From a virus, in the IMG/VR virus record IMGVR_UViG_3300035145_002457, positions 1 through 64,000 of that record: a stretch of DNA of 64,000 nt; one strand, written 5' to 3'. Shown here piece by piece: positions 20,801 through 30,431 of the stretch. Within the stretch, counting starts at the first letter, position 1; the number at the start of each line of letters is the position of its first letter. Below the pieces are notes generated by a model. That model was given only the letters and a program-made list of their open reading frames with translations. It was not told the origin of the DNA and did no database searches. Both the position numbers and the translations under genes were made by a program.

Positions 20801-23800
20801 TAACCTCAAATGCTAATAATCTTAGCAAAGGCGAAATAATTGGATTACATAGTGTATATGATTTTGTAGAATCTTTTGAAGATAGCACTGTAGAAAATGT
20901 AAAAACAACAAAATATGACTTTAGTAGTTTTTATGAGATACAAGATGTTACTAATAACATTTTAACATTAAAAACAAGCAATCCTGTATTAGAAGATATA
21001 CCTCAGTGTTTAGGTAGTTTAACTAAATTTATGTCTGTGAGAGCTTTGAATGTTTCAGAAGCAAATAGTATTGCACAAAATAAATTATCAGGACAAGATT
21101 TATTATGGATTGATAATGTCACAGAAAATAATGAATGGGCAGTATATAAAAATTCTAATAACTTTAGCGAACAACACCGTATTCACAATACTGATTCAGG
21201 AACTGGTTTTGATTACGGCAAAGCAATAGCATCTGATGATAGAAATACTACATTGTTGATAGGTGCTCCGGAAAATGCTGACGGAAAAGTTTATGTATAT
21301 AATAGACCAACAGACAAATTAACTTATACATTGACACAAGTGCTTGAACCTTTTGGTTGGGGCGATGCAGGAGAAAAATTTGGCGCTAGTGTAGCACTAA
21401 GTCCGGACGGACAATATGCTATTGTAGGTTCACCTAATGCATCAAATGTCAAAACAAAATACGCTGGTGATTTTGTAGACACACAAAATTACGGAAAAAA
21501 TAGTATTGTAAGAAAAGATGAACAACTATGGCGAGCAGTGGTTGATATATCTGGAGCCACAGATAATATTGAATTTAGTAGTTTTAATTCTGTAGCACAA
21601 ACTATAGAACAATTAAATTTACAAACTAATAACAATTATAATATTCCTGTATTGCTTGTTGGTAACTATGCAATAGATCCAAACAACAATCAATATGCTT
21701 TTAATAATATTCCTACAAGCCATATTTTAATAAGAGCTCCTAAGGTGCAATATGACGGAAGTGGTATTAATGATCAAATAAAAATTGCTTGGAATACAAT
21801 AACGTATGCTAACCAAGATCTAAACGCACTAGAAGCAAGAGCTCCATTTAGCGGCGATCATTCACCTATAACAGATGCATTCTTAAGTTTAGAACATACG
21901 ATACAAAGAAAAATTGACGCTGTACTCTATATAAATGAAACTATTGTTACACCTGATATTGGAGATACTGTAAGGACTGGTACTGCTCAAGGAACTGTAG
22001 ATTATATCGCAGAAGACGGTGCAGAAACGATACTATATATAAGGGATTTAAACGGATCATTTAATTCTGCAGATAGTTTGTTTAGAATTGATGGAGACTT
22101 TGTTGGTGAATTTATTAGACAAGCACCAGATGACACTGTTGATACTGAAGGTGTTTGGGGAGGTTTTTGGTGGATAGATACACCTCAGTATACTCCTACA
22201 GACCAAACAACAAATATAGACAAAGGTTTAGGCATTGTTTATTACGATGTTATAAGTGATAGTACACCTACAGGCAGATATTATTATAACAGTTTAGATT
22301 ATGCTACCACAGACATTAGTAGTTTAAACATACAAAATAGTTTAATTAGAACATTAACGTATAGAGGATTACCAGGTGCAGGCGGAAGTAATAGTACGTT
22401 CTTAAGTGATCTATATGTAATGAGAGCACCAAAAGCACTAACTGATTTAATATCAGCAGGTGATACTGTAAGTGTTTATGTAAACCAATTACCTCAGTAT
22501 ACAACAGGTGATCTTAAGGATCTTACAACTATAGGACTTACTACAACAGTTACAAATACCTCTAGACAAGTTTATGATGTTTGGGATGGATATATTAATT
22601 TTGATTTTACAAAATTTGATGTAGAAGGAAATCCATTCGAACCAAGAGTTGGAGATATCGTAGAGGATTTGACCACAGGTGCTCAAGCTGAAGTTACTTT
22701 TTATCAAAGAGATTCTTTAGCCGCAACAATTTTTGTAAAAAATGTTACAAATAATTTTAGTGTTGGTAATGATTACGGACAAAACTCTGAAATCAAATTT
22801 TTAGGCACCCCCGGAGACCCAGACATTAATTATCAAGTTGATCGTGTAATGGGTGATATTCAAAGTGTAAGTTTAGGTTATACTCCTGCTGGCATTGGCA
22901 AATTATTGGTTTTCGAAGCACCAGCAGATATTTTGCTAAGTGCAGAACAAGAATTAATAGATATTGAGTATTGGATGTATCAAGAAGGCACAGTTTTAGG
23001 TATTCCAAGATTAGCTAATATTCCTTCTAGCGTTAATAACGAATGGGAAAATGTTTTTAAAATTCCTGCTGAATCAACAGGCACTGCAAGCGGATTGGCT
23101 AACGAAGGATTATATAATATCTATAGTAGAGCCGCGCCAGGAAGATATGACCCTATAGGGTCATATACAGTACCAGAAAAACAAGCAAACTTCTATCTAG
23201 GATCGAATGTTAAAATAACAAAAAATAATGATTTGTATAGATTAATGGTACATGCTAAAGGCACTGAAACACAATCCAATCCCGGAAGAATTTATTTTAT
23301 AAAAACCGGAGAAGAAAACGGAAACACATATACTTGGGAATACGCAAAAAATAAAAATTACAAAGGGTCATTTAATGAGTCGGTAAACTATTTCACAGGA
23401 GATATAGTCTACAGAGAAAATCCTGCGGTTACAGGCACAGGTGTGCTTTATAGTGCTAAAACTAATCTTGCACCAGGTGTTTTTAATCCTATTGACTGGA
23501 ATGTTAACGACAGTCTAGTAGATTATGTTGGATATATTCCTAATAATACAGGAAATAGTGTTGTAAATGACAGTACAGATGGAAGCACAGTACTAGACCA
23601 ACAGTTGTTATCTGCATTTGGTGGCGAATTTGATGTCAATAAACTTGGAGATGTAATTGTTACTACAGCGTTGTATGATAGTTCAAAACCTAACTTAATT
23701 GTTGTATACAGATTGAACAATGGATTCTTTGAAAGAGGACAACAAATACCAGCACCTGATACTACAAGCGGATTTGGACATGACGTAGCAATATCTGATG

Positions 23801-26800
23801 ATGGCATGTATATTGCTGTATCTGCACCGTTCAATGATGATTATAAACAAGACCAAGGAAAAGTATTTATTTACAAGCAAACTAATGGTGTGTTTGAATT
23901 ATTCCAAGAGTTGCGTAGTCCTAATGATGAACGTGCAGAAAAATTTGGTTGGCGTTTACAATATGATGGAAATAAATTACATGTTACATCAAGAAATGCA
24001 GATAGTATCAAGAAAACATCCTTTGACGGCTCAAGTTTAGGTAATGACAAACCTCAACTTACTTTTGATGGTTCATTTACAGAATTTGTTGAATATGAAA
24101 GTGACACTGGTGTAATTTATGTTTATGAAAAAACTGCACAAGGAATGTTGTATGCACAAACCGTGCAGATCCCAGATTCTGATGTAAACACATTTGGTAG
24201 AAACATTTTTGCAAAAAACAATCATTTGTATGTAGGCTTGCCAAACAAAATTGTTGATAACAGAGAAGGGCAAATTATTGACTTTAGCATGACAAACAAT
24301 GTTTCAATGTGGACAGTTCACAGATCCTCTAACGAAACAGTTGATATTGACAAAATTAAAAAGATATTTTTGTATGATACAAAACAAAATGAATTACTTA
24401 CATACTTAGATTATATTGATCCAATACAAGGAAAAGTTGCAGGACCAGCCGAACAAGAGTTAACCTATAAAACATATTACGATCCAGCAGTTTATTCTGC
24501 AAGCAGAGATACAAGAGCATCAAGAGATACAACATCATCATGGGGTCCTGAAAGAGTCGGTGAAGTTTGGTGGAACCTGACTAATGCTAAATTTTACAAT
24601 GCATATCAAGGATCTATAGAATATGCAACTAACAATTGGAACAATGTTTTCCAAGGGAACACTATAGATATTTACGAATGGGTAGAATCTGATGTTGTTC
24701 CTAGTGTGTACGATACTGAAGCAGATACAGAAACGGGATTTGCAAAAGGTTACAGTGGACAAAGTTTGTACGGAGATAATGCATATAGCACAAGAAAGGT
24801 ATATGATGATGTATCTCAAAGTTTCAAAACTTATTATTATTTCTGGGTAAGTGAAAGAACTATAGTTCCTGATGCAGAATTTAGAAATATTAGTATTAAA
24901 GAAGTTAGAGAATATATTGAAGATCCTTTAACAAAAGGTCATCAGTTTGTTTCTTTGATAAGTCCAGAAAAATTTGTTCTTAACAATTGTGACGGATTAA
25001 TTAAAGGTACAGATACTGCTCTTAATGTACAGTTTTGGACTATTAAAAATCAACAACAAAATATTCACAATCAGTACCAAATTGTAAGTGAAGGTTTGGA
25101 AACAAGCCAACCAAATCCAGACATAGTTAAAAAATGGTTTGACAGTTTGATAGGTTATGATGCACAGGGTAGAGTTGTACCAGATCCTAATCTAAGCGAA
25201 AAAGAAAAATATGGAACGCTTTATAGACCAAGACAAGGTTGGTTTAAGAATAAATCTGAAGCACTAAAACAATTTATAGAACGTGTGAATTTAAAACTGA
25301 AAGAAAACATAATTGTAGATGACAAAAGTTTAAGTGCTATAGATAGTCAACAACCTATCCTTACAACTGCAAGTGGATTGTATGATGTTCAAATTGCAAC
25401 ATTAAATGATATTTCTACAATTGGTACAAATACTTTAAAAACTGCAATACTTACACCTGTAATTGTTGACGGAAAAATAATTGAGGTTGTAATTTCCGAT
25501 CCAGGTAAAGGATATAGAAATGCTCCTACTGTTACTGTAGCAGGAGCAGGAACAGGCGCAGAGATTTCTACAGCAATAGATTCTGCAGGAAAAATAATAT
25601 CTGTAACTATAGACGAACCAGGACAAAATTACAATCAAAATACTACTCTTACTGTAAGAAATTTTGCAGTTCTAGTCACTAACGATGAAACACTACAAGG
25701 TAAATGGAGTTTATACGAGCGTCAGATACAAGATAGTAAATGGAATAGAATTCAAAGTCAATCTTATAACACCACTTTGTTCTGGGAATATGTTGACTGG
25801 TATGCTACAGGATATAACAGTAGCACAGATATAGATTATCTAATAGACAACAGTTACCAACTTACTAGCCTAGATAATCCTATAGGATCAATTGTCAAAA
25901 TTTCTAACATAGGATCCGGTGGTTGGTTATTAATTGAAAAACAATTTGATTTTGATACCGAAGATTATACTCAAAATTACAAAACAGTTGGACGCGAAAA
26001 TGGTACAATACAATTTAAAAATACTTTGTATGATACTGCGGCTGGTTACACAGGTTTTGACACAATTAGTTTCGATACAAAAATATTTGACAGTGAACCT
26101 ATAACTGAATTAAGAATTATACTTGAATCTATTAGAGATGATTTATTAATAGATGAGCTACTTGTAGAATTTAATAAACTGTTTTTCGCAGGGTTAAGAT
26201 ATGTATTTTCTGAACAAACTTATGTTGACTGGGCATTTAAAACTAGCTTTATAAAAGCAAAGCATAATGTTGGAAAATTGCGCGAAGATATAACATTTAA
26301 CAATGATAATCTTCCTAGTTACGAATCATATGTAAAAGAAGTAAAACCATTTACAACAAAAATTAGAGAATATCTAAGTTCTTACGAAGGACTAGACGGA
26401 ACACAAACAGTAACAACAGATTTTGATTTGCCTCCTTCATATAATACAATTGAAGGTAAGATACTTCCACAAAATGTGAAAGTAAAAGACAACATATTAA
26501 TTGGAACAAACAGCGATTTAGAAACTTATCCTAATAAAAATTGGTTAGAAAATAGTTCCTATTCGGTCATATCAGTTAAGCCAGTTGATCAAGGAGAAGG
26601 TTATAGGCTTCCTCCAGAGTTAACTGTTGTAGGAGGAGGCGGTTCAGGCACAGTTCTAAAAAGTTATCTTGGAGCAAAAGGAAACGTTGTAAAGGTAGAT
26701 GTACTAGTAAAAGGAAGTGGTTATTATTCTGCACCTACTATCGAAGTAAACGGAAATTTACTTGATACAGGAAGACATGCAACATTTAGTGTTCAACTAG

Positions 26801-29787
26801 GTGATAATCCTGTGAGGGGAATAACAACTACTATGAAATTTGATAGAACTACAGGAACTTATGTTTACACTTCTATTGATAAAACAGAAACATTCACAGC
26901 ATCAGGCTCACAATTCCAATTTGATTTAAAATGGCCTGTAGATTTAAAAATTACAGATGTATCAGTAACAAAAAACAATTTAGAGCAACTTAGCAATGAA
27001 TATACATTTTATAATGTTTTAGATGAAGATGCGGAATATGAAAGATATTATGGTAGAATTGAGTTTGATACTAAACCTAATATAAATGACGTAATTGTTG
27101 TAACATACAAAATATCACCTGATTTATTCCAAGCACAAGATAGAATCAATCAATTATATTCTCCAGGCTTAGGTCAACCTGGCAAAGAATTAGGTCAGCT
27201 GATGAGCGGTATAGACTATGGCGGAGTAGAAGTAAAAAGTTTTGGATTTACACAAGGACAAGGTTGGGATTCAGATAACTGGTTTGAATCAACTTGGGAT
27301 AGTTATGATAACACCTATGAAGATGAGATATTTGAGTTTGATGGCTCAACAACAGTTATAGAATTAAACAAAGCTCTTGAATCTGGTGTGGAATATCATG
27401 TTTACAAGAATAATGTAAGATTAGATGATCCTAACTACGACGGAAGCACTGTTACTTCAAACCCAAATGCAATTATGCGAAGTTTGATTGGAGATGGTGT
27501 TACTAAAACAATGTATCTAGATGATTTCAAAGTTCAAACATATGATGAATCAGGAAATAATACAGGTGTAGTAATACAGGTAACAGACGGTGATGTTTTA
27601 GTTATTAGAAAATCAACTAGTGATGGTACATTTTTACCAAACGAGCAAACATATGATAGCATATTGCAAGGTGGAAACCTAAATTATTCTACAGCAACAG
27701 GTTTAGCAAGTGGAGACATCAGGATAGACGGTGATGGTTTTGTAACTCCTACCACAAGTGCTGGTCCTGAAGAACAGGTTCCAGGACAGATTTTAGATAC
27801 AGTAGATATCCAAGTTTATGAAAAACCAAAAGGAGGTTCAAGCACATTTACTTCTATGGTATACGAAACAGATGGTTCAACTCTACGCTATAAAATAGGC
27901 ACTACCCCTATTGCTAATGAAAACGTATTTGTAAAAATAGATGCAAATATTGTAACAGATTATACTATTGATTATTCTACAAGTGAAATTGTATTTGCAA
28001 GTGCGCCGAACGCTAATAGTATGTTGAACATTGTTACTATGGATGTAAGCGGTAATAAAATTTTAGATATAGACAATATTACTGCTGACGGTAGCACAGT
28101 TAGATTTATAACTTCAGTAAGATATGCAAGTAATTTACAATCTATTGTTACACTAAATGGCGAACCTGTTAATAATGCATTTGCTGAAAGCGAAGAATCT
28201 GATGGTATTGCAGGTAATGTGGTTATTAGATTTGGTACACCTCCTACACCAGGAAGTGTTATACGTTATGTGATTTTTGAAGCAAATGAAGATGTAAAAA
28301 ATTACAGTGAAGTTAATATACAGAATATTGTAGCAGATGGAAGTACAACAACGTATAATCTTTCTACAACTCCGGGAGTTGCGGAACCTGCCTCATACAA
28401 AACTATAGTTAAAGTAGGTAACAACATATTAAATGCAGGATATACTAAGAGATATATTACAACGTCTACAAAACTAGAATATGAAGTTGATGACTTCCAA
28501 TTTCCTCCTGGTACGTTGACAAAAAATAAAATAAGACTTTACCTAAACGGAAAAGAATTAGATGAAAGTCTGTATAATCTTGTTGTAAGCACAACAACAA
28601 TTATTAGATTAAGAACAAATGTACAGCAACAGGATGGAGATAAATTAGATTTCTATGTACTAGATGATGGAGAATACAGATTTGGATATTTTGAACAAGC
28701 AACTGGTATTTTTGTAAGCACTCCTAATCAAATACATTTTGATAATACATACGCAGAAGATACAAACATAACAATTTACCATTTTACCAATCACGATTGG
28801 CAAGATATACAACGTTTGGAATTTGATGTTGTAGATAGAATAACTCTAACACCAGGTACTGAACAGTATATTAGATATTTACAAATACAAAATGGATTAA
28901 TTGCATTAAATTCACCAGCAGTTGATGCACAATACCTTTGGGTTACGATAAACGGTGAACTTTTGATACCTAGTGTAAATTATTATGTAACTGATAACAA
29001 ACGTTATGTGAAAATAATCAGTGAAATTTCTCAAAATGATGTTGTTCAAGTGATACACTTCGCAGGAAGCACTACAAAAAATAGATTTGGTTGGAGTCAA
29101 TTCAAAGATATGATGAACAAAACACATTATAAAAGGATCACTGATTCTGATAATGTTACATTAGCAAAAGATTTGCATGAATATGATCAAACTATAACTG
29201 TTATTAACGGACAAAATTTACCTTCTCCACCAGCAGGTTCAAGACAGCCTGCGGTAATATTCATTGAGGGTGAGCGTATAGAATATTTTGTAAGAAACGA
29301 TGATGTAATCAGTCAATTTAGAAGAGGTACTTTAGGTACAGGAGTCAAATCTGTATATCCGGCAGATACAAAAGTGTTTGATTCAGGACCAGAAAACCAA
29401 ATGCCATATAAAGACGAAACACTTACTACTATATTCACAGCAGATGGCACTTCGACAACATATGAATTAGATTTTACACCTAATAGTGTAAACGATTTTG
29501 AAGTTTTTGTAGCAGGAAAAAGGTTAAGAAAAAACAGTATAAGTAGCTACAAATTTAATGATGGTCCTATTGCACTTGATAGCCCAGAGGGGGACGAGAC
29601 TCTAGCACCTGAATTTACAATTAGCAGTAATAATTTAGTATTATTAAATGCTCCAATACTTAATACAAAGATAATTGTTGTAAGAAAACAAGGAAAAATA
29701 TGGACAGATCCAGGCACAGCATTGGTAGATAGCGATTCAGACATTGCTAAATTCTTACGTGCCGCAACAGTTGACTTACCGCGATAA
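14851..29787 (+). CDS. giant virion structural protein (4978 aa; baseplate wedge gp7-like position, multi-domain)
   Basis: Uninterrupted 14.9-kb ORF coupled to gp6; FG-GAP-like repeats, CBM5/12-like modules, GxGY..AP repeats and ADGSTTTY repeats. Confidence 0.75.
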   Translation: MAYDNDQSEQALPGGNNKRKRESASHLPRFFRTQANKKFLSSTVDQLIQPGVVEKLNGYVGRKTSKAFTASDNYIADVSDERQNYQLEPASVVKDNLGNVVFYKDYNDYINQLNYFQKGINDHSVLNAQEYYAWDPHIDWDKISNFREYYWLPNGPQSFAVPGNTIEVESTYTVRIGDNVDNNTYVFSPDGLTNNPTITLYRGITYRFDIDTPNLPFTIKTKRTLDEGFDLDSSSIIVLEGVDVQGLEKGISTLQLGTDTPDTLYYTASNDLQASGTIVVKDIQDATFLDVEAEIVGKKNYKASSGVDLSNGMKIYFTGEVEPAKYANGSFYVEGVGDAIKLVAETDLSVPTEFTDDVEVEFDTNGFDRLPYGKAIGFPKEKDYIVINRSAQDGNLWSRYNRWFHKSVITTSAEQNNQPVELDQEQRAKRPIIEFEPNIKLHNFGTKSKLDVDLVDNFTKDVFSTIEGSIGYNIDGIDIVKGMRILFTADTDILVKGRIFEVDVIKFANNQATNNQITLKEVTDSIPQENEVVLVLNGDEFKGKMFYYQNGSWSLTQEKTQRNQAPLFDIFDENGISYSDETTYEANNFAGNKVFSYKEGTGSADTELGIPLSYRSINNVGDIVFNYDIQQGSMTYTIDNNLLTQNTDVGFLRKYSSLTDFTTISGWKKVDTYSEQPVIRQYVYDNTTTGFAIDVYDQSGLIEDLWVRVYLNNKLQFENVDFTITSDLNNNAIINFTNTLELNDIVVIKTKTTTLKNENGYYEIPTNYERNPKNDNLGEFTLGEVNDHVSTIVENLDVFEGEYPGVGNLRDITNLSSYGRRFLQHSAPLNLSLYHITDKDANIIKSIDFARTEYNRFKRVFLQIAEQTEFQGSIRDRVDDILRQINIDKNKNQPFYFSDMIGLGASKKTDHIIIDADETFFALDKIFDIDTPSKRSVYVYLNDVQLIYGKDYTFNNDGFAVVTATKNVDDVISIYEYETTNGSYIPPTPTKLGLYPKYEPEIYQDNTYLTPQNVIQGHDGSRFIAFGDYRDELLLELEKRIFNNIKVTYNKDLFDIHKFVPGEYRKTGLDTSEINKSMLSGFIQWTKFIDQDYTLHNFFERTNRFTFNYNQANFASTNKMPGFWRNIYKQLFDTDRPHTHPWEMLGFTIKPKWWEDQYGPAPYTKDNQLMWTDIQNGIVREPNKNYKILNNYKRPGLLNTLPVDSSGNLRPPLDAGVVTNFQADTIDFSFKFGDGAPVESAWRNSSDYPFSLLKSLTINKPSAVFATGFDRINQVRNSAGAIVYKPTNKRLKLSDIVFPSTADDDVQIFTSGLINYVSSYMASDVLKSYTDYKTNIVNIDNQIGFKLGGFTDKEKFRLILDSRTPLNEGNVFVPEENYKIFLNTSSPVQTIEYSGVIIERRADGYVVKGYSPNSTTFKYFDAVGTQNDPSINIGGISESYVTWDTNKTYVAGQNVEYQGSYYRTSVAHTSEQNFDDTKFAKLAALPLIGGRSAFVRKQFNQEIVNEIEYGTLFTEIQDVVDFLLGYGKYLESKGFEFEYFDGEQSVVLNWRHAVNEFLFWTTQKWAEGSVITISPSASEIRFNSQYSMVDNIFDGFYGYGLYKADGQKLNEEFSSLGRSPNQFILRPKNTADGVFYISLPLIQKEHVVLIDNKTVFGDVIFDQQPGYRQERIKVLGYRTTEWDGSLNIPGFTYDDAQVTDWESWTDYDIGTVVKNKEFYYSAPNKISGTETFDASKWNILTEKPEGGLFANFEYKTNQFADFYDLDSDNFDTEQQKHAQHLIGYQKRQYLENIVNDDVSQYKFYQGFIQDKGTKNALTKLFDALASDNKDSLEFFEEWAIKDGQYGASEGFDDVIFKLDESKFRLTPQPIQLVNSVTGNETDLIYRIRPYEVYQKSKNYDHSPFPGKYVFDSYTKNAGYVNQQDVRGIVTNYSNILDFNFVDIAKNSYIWVGNENNNWNVYKHVDTEYTVEKIDKGTDTFKIYLTSNANNLSKGEIIGLHSVYDFVESFEDSTVENVKTTKYDFSSFYEIQDVTNNILTLKTSNPVLEDIPQCLGSLTKFMSVRALNVSEANSIAQNKLSGQDLLWIDNVTENNEWAVYKNSNNFSEQHRIHNTDSGTGFDYGKAIASDDRNTTLLIGAPENADGKVYVYNRPTDKLTYTLTQVLEPFGWGDAGEKFGASVALSPDGQYAIVGSPNASNVKTKYAGDFVDTQNYGKNSIVRKDEQLWRAVVDISGATDNIEFSSFNSVAQTIEQLNLQTNNNYNIPVLLVGNYAIDPNNNQYAFNNIPTSHILIRAPKVQYDGSGINDQIKIAWNTITYANQDLNALEARAPFSGDHSPITDAFLSLEHTIQRKIDAVLYINETIVTPDIGDTVRTGTAQGTVDYIAEDGAETILYIRDLNGSFNSADSLFRIDGDFVGEFIRQAPDDTVDTEGVWGGFWWIDTPQYTPTDQTTNIDKGLGIVYYDVISDSTPTGRYYYNSLDYATTDISSLNIQNSLIRTLTYRGLPGAGGSNSTFLSDLYVMRAPKALTDLISAGDTVSVYVNQLPQYTTGDLKDLTTIGLTTTVTNTSRQVYDVWDGYINFDFTKFDVEGNPFEPRVGDIVEDLTTGAQAEVTFYQRDSLAATIFVKNVTNNFSVGNDYGQNSEIKFLGTPGDPDINYQVDRVMGDIQSVSLGYTPAGIGKLLVFEAPADILLSAEQELIDIEYWMYQEGTVLGIPRLANIPSSVNNEWENVFKIPAESTGTASGLANEGLYNIYSRAAPGRYDPIGSYTVPEKQANFYLGSNVKITKNNDLYRLMVHAKGTETQSNPGRIYFIKTGEENGNTYTWEYAKNKNYKGSFNESVNYFTGDIVYRENPAVTGTGVLYSAKTNLAPGVFNPIDWNVNDSLVDYVGYIPNNTGNSVVNDSTDGSTVLDQQLLSAFGGEFDVNKLGDVIVTTALYDSSKPNLIVVYRLNNGFFERGQQIPAPDTTSGFGHDVAISDDGMYIAVSAPFNDDYKQDQGKVFIYKQTNGVFELFQELRSPNDERAEKFGWRLQYDGNKLHVTSRNADSIKKTSFDGSSLGNDKPQLTFDGSFTEFVEYESDTGVIYVYEKTAQGMLYAQTVQIPDSDVNTFGRNIFAKNNHLYVGLPNKIVDNREGQIIDFSMTNNVSMWTVHRSSNETVDIDKIKKIFLYDTKQNELLTYLDYIDPIQGKVAGPAEQELTYKTYYDPAVYSASRDTRASRDTTSSWGPERVGEVWWNLTNAKFYNAYQGSIEYATNNWNNVFQGNTIDIYEWVESDVVPSVYDTEADTETGFAKGYSGQSLYGDNAYSTRKVYDDVSQSFKTYYYFWVSERTIVPDAEFRNISIKEVREYIEDPLTKGHQFVSLISPEKFVLNNCDGLIKGTDTALNVQFWTIKNQQQNIHNQYQIVSEGLETSQPNPDIVKKWFDSLIGYDAQGRVVPDPNLSEKEKYGTLYRPRQGWFKNKSEALKQFIERVNLKLKENIIVDDKSLSAIDSQQPILTTASGLYDVQIATLNDISTIGTNTLKTAILTPVIVDGKIIEVVISDPGKGYRNAPTVTVAGAGTGAEISTAIDSAGKIISVTIDEPGQNYNQNTTLTVRNFAVLVTNDETLQGKWSLYERQIQDSKWNRIQSQSYNTTLFWEYVDWYATGYNSSTDIDYLIDNSYQLTSLDNPIGSIVKISNIGSGGWLLIEKQFDFDTEDYTQNYKTVGRENGTIQFKNTLYDTAAGYTGFDTISFDTKIFDSEPITELRIILESIRDDLLIDELLVEFNKLFFAGLRYVFSEQTYVDWAFKTSFIKAKHNVGKLREDITFNNDNLPSYESYVKEVKPFTTKIREYLSSYEGLDGTQTVTTDFDLPPSYNTIEGKILPQNVKVKDNILIGTNSDLETYPNKNWLENSSYSVISVKPVDQGEGYRLPPELTVVGGGGSGTVLKSYLGAKGNVVKVDVLVKGSGYYSAPTIEVNGNLLDTGRHATFSVQLGDNPVRGITTTMKFDRTTGTYVYTSIDKTETFTASGSQFQFDLKWPVDLKITDVSVTKNNLEQLSNEYTFYNVLDEDAEYERYYGRIEFDTKPNINDVIVVTYKISPDLFQAQDRINQLYSPGLGQPGKELGQLMSGIDYGGVEVKSFGFTQGQGWDSDNWFESTWDSYDNTYEDEIFEFDGSTTVIELNKALESGVEYHVYKNNVRLDDPNYDGSTVTSNPNAIMRSLIGDGVTKTMYLDDFKVQTYDESGNNTGVVIQVTDGDVLVIRKSTSDGTFLPNEQTYDSILQGGNLNYSTATGLASGDIRIDGDGFVTPTTSAGPEEQVPGQILDTVDIQVYEKPKGGSSTFTSMVYETDGSTLRYKIGTTPIANENVFVKIDANIVTDYTIDYSTSEIVFASAPNANSMLNIVTMDVSGNKILDIDNITADGSTVRFITSVRYASNLQSIVTLNGEPVNNAFAESEESDGIAGNVVIRFGTPPTPGSVIRYVIFEANEDVKNYSEVNIQNIVADGSTTTYNLSTTPGVAEPASYKTIVKVGNNILNAGYTKRYITTSTKLEYEVDDFQFPPGTLTKNKIRLYLNGKELDESLYNLVVSTTTIIRLRTNVQQQDGDKLDFYVLDDGEYRFGYFEQATGIFVSTPNQIHFDNTYAEDTNITIYHFTNHDWQDIQRLEFDVVDRITLTPGTEQYIRYLQIQNGLIALNSPAVDAQYLWVTINGELLIPSVNYYVTDNKRYVKIISEISQNDVVQVIHFAGSTTKNRFGWSQFKDMMNKTHYKRITDSDNVTLAKDLHEYDQTITVINGQNLPSPPAGSRQPAVIFIEGERIEYFVRNDDVISQFRRGTLGTGVKSVYPADTKVFDSGPENQMPYKDETLTTIFTADGTSTTYELDFTPNSVNDFEVFVAGKRLRKNSISSYKFNDGPIALDSPEGDETLAPEFTISSNNLVLLNAPILNTKIIVVRKQGKIWTDPGTALVDSDSDIAKFLRAATVDLPR

Positions 29788-29790
29788 ATA
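29785..29790 (+). promoter_or_regulatory. late promoter core TAAATA overlapping a stop codon
   Basis: GATAAATA upstream of 29813. Confidence 0.55.
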
Positions 29791-29812
29791 CAACAGCAGG
29801 ATGGTATAAACT

Positions 29813-30427
29813 ATGACAGATAAAATAAACGAACAAAGCGGTGTGCTACTACAAGGACACATAAAGATTCACAACCCAGAATCTGGCGAAGTTTTAGTTG
29901 ACAAACGCAATGCTATTCATTATGAAAATATGAGTATAAGCCTTGCAGAAAGTCTAGGAAACGGTGGTACAGGTTGGATTTATGAAATGGGGTTTGGTAA
30001 TGGAGGAACAAGTGTAGATCCTACAGGGATTATCACATATCTCACACCTAATTCAACTGGCACAAACGCAAGTTTGTACAATGAAACATTTACAAAAATT
30101 GTAGATGACAGAAGTGTTAACAATTTAGATCCTGCTAGAAACAAAATTGAAACACGTCATGTTAGCGGAACCAACTATACGGATATATTAGTCACTTGTT
30201 TATTAGATTATGGCGAACCAACAGGTCAAGATGCTTTTGATACTGCTTCAGATCAAAATAATTTATATGTATTTGATGAATTAGGCCTCAAAGCATATAG
30301 CTCTTCTGGTTCGGGAAGACTACTTACACATGTTATTTTCCATCCTGTGCAAAAATCATTAAACAGACTAATACAAATTGATTATACTGTTAGGGTGCAA
30401 AGTTTAACAGGATTTAACGAAGGATAA
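29813..30427 (+). CDS. virion structural protein (baseplate/fibre connector, inferred)
   Basis: 204-aa ORF in the structural module; GHIKIHN...KRNAIH, FDELGL, HPVQKSLNR. Confidence 0.55.
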   Translation: MTDKINEQSGVLLQGHIKIHNPESGEVLVDKRNAIHYENMSISLAESLGNGGTGWIYEMGFGNGGTSVDPTGIITYLTPNSTGTNASLYNETFTKIVDDRSVNNLDPARNKIETRHVSGTNYTDILVTCLLDYGEPTGQDAFDTASDQNNLYVFDELGLKAYSSSGSGRLLTHVIFHPVQKSLNRLIQIDYTVRVQSLTGFNEG

Positions 30428-30431
30428 TTAG

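Noticed and set aside
24496-24540. Short tandem repeat ASRDTRASRDT in the giant protein
   Set aside because: Only two imperfect copies; likely local slippage.
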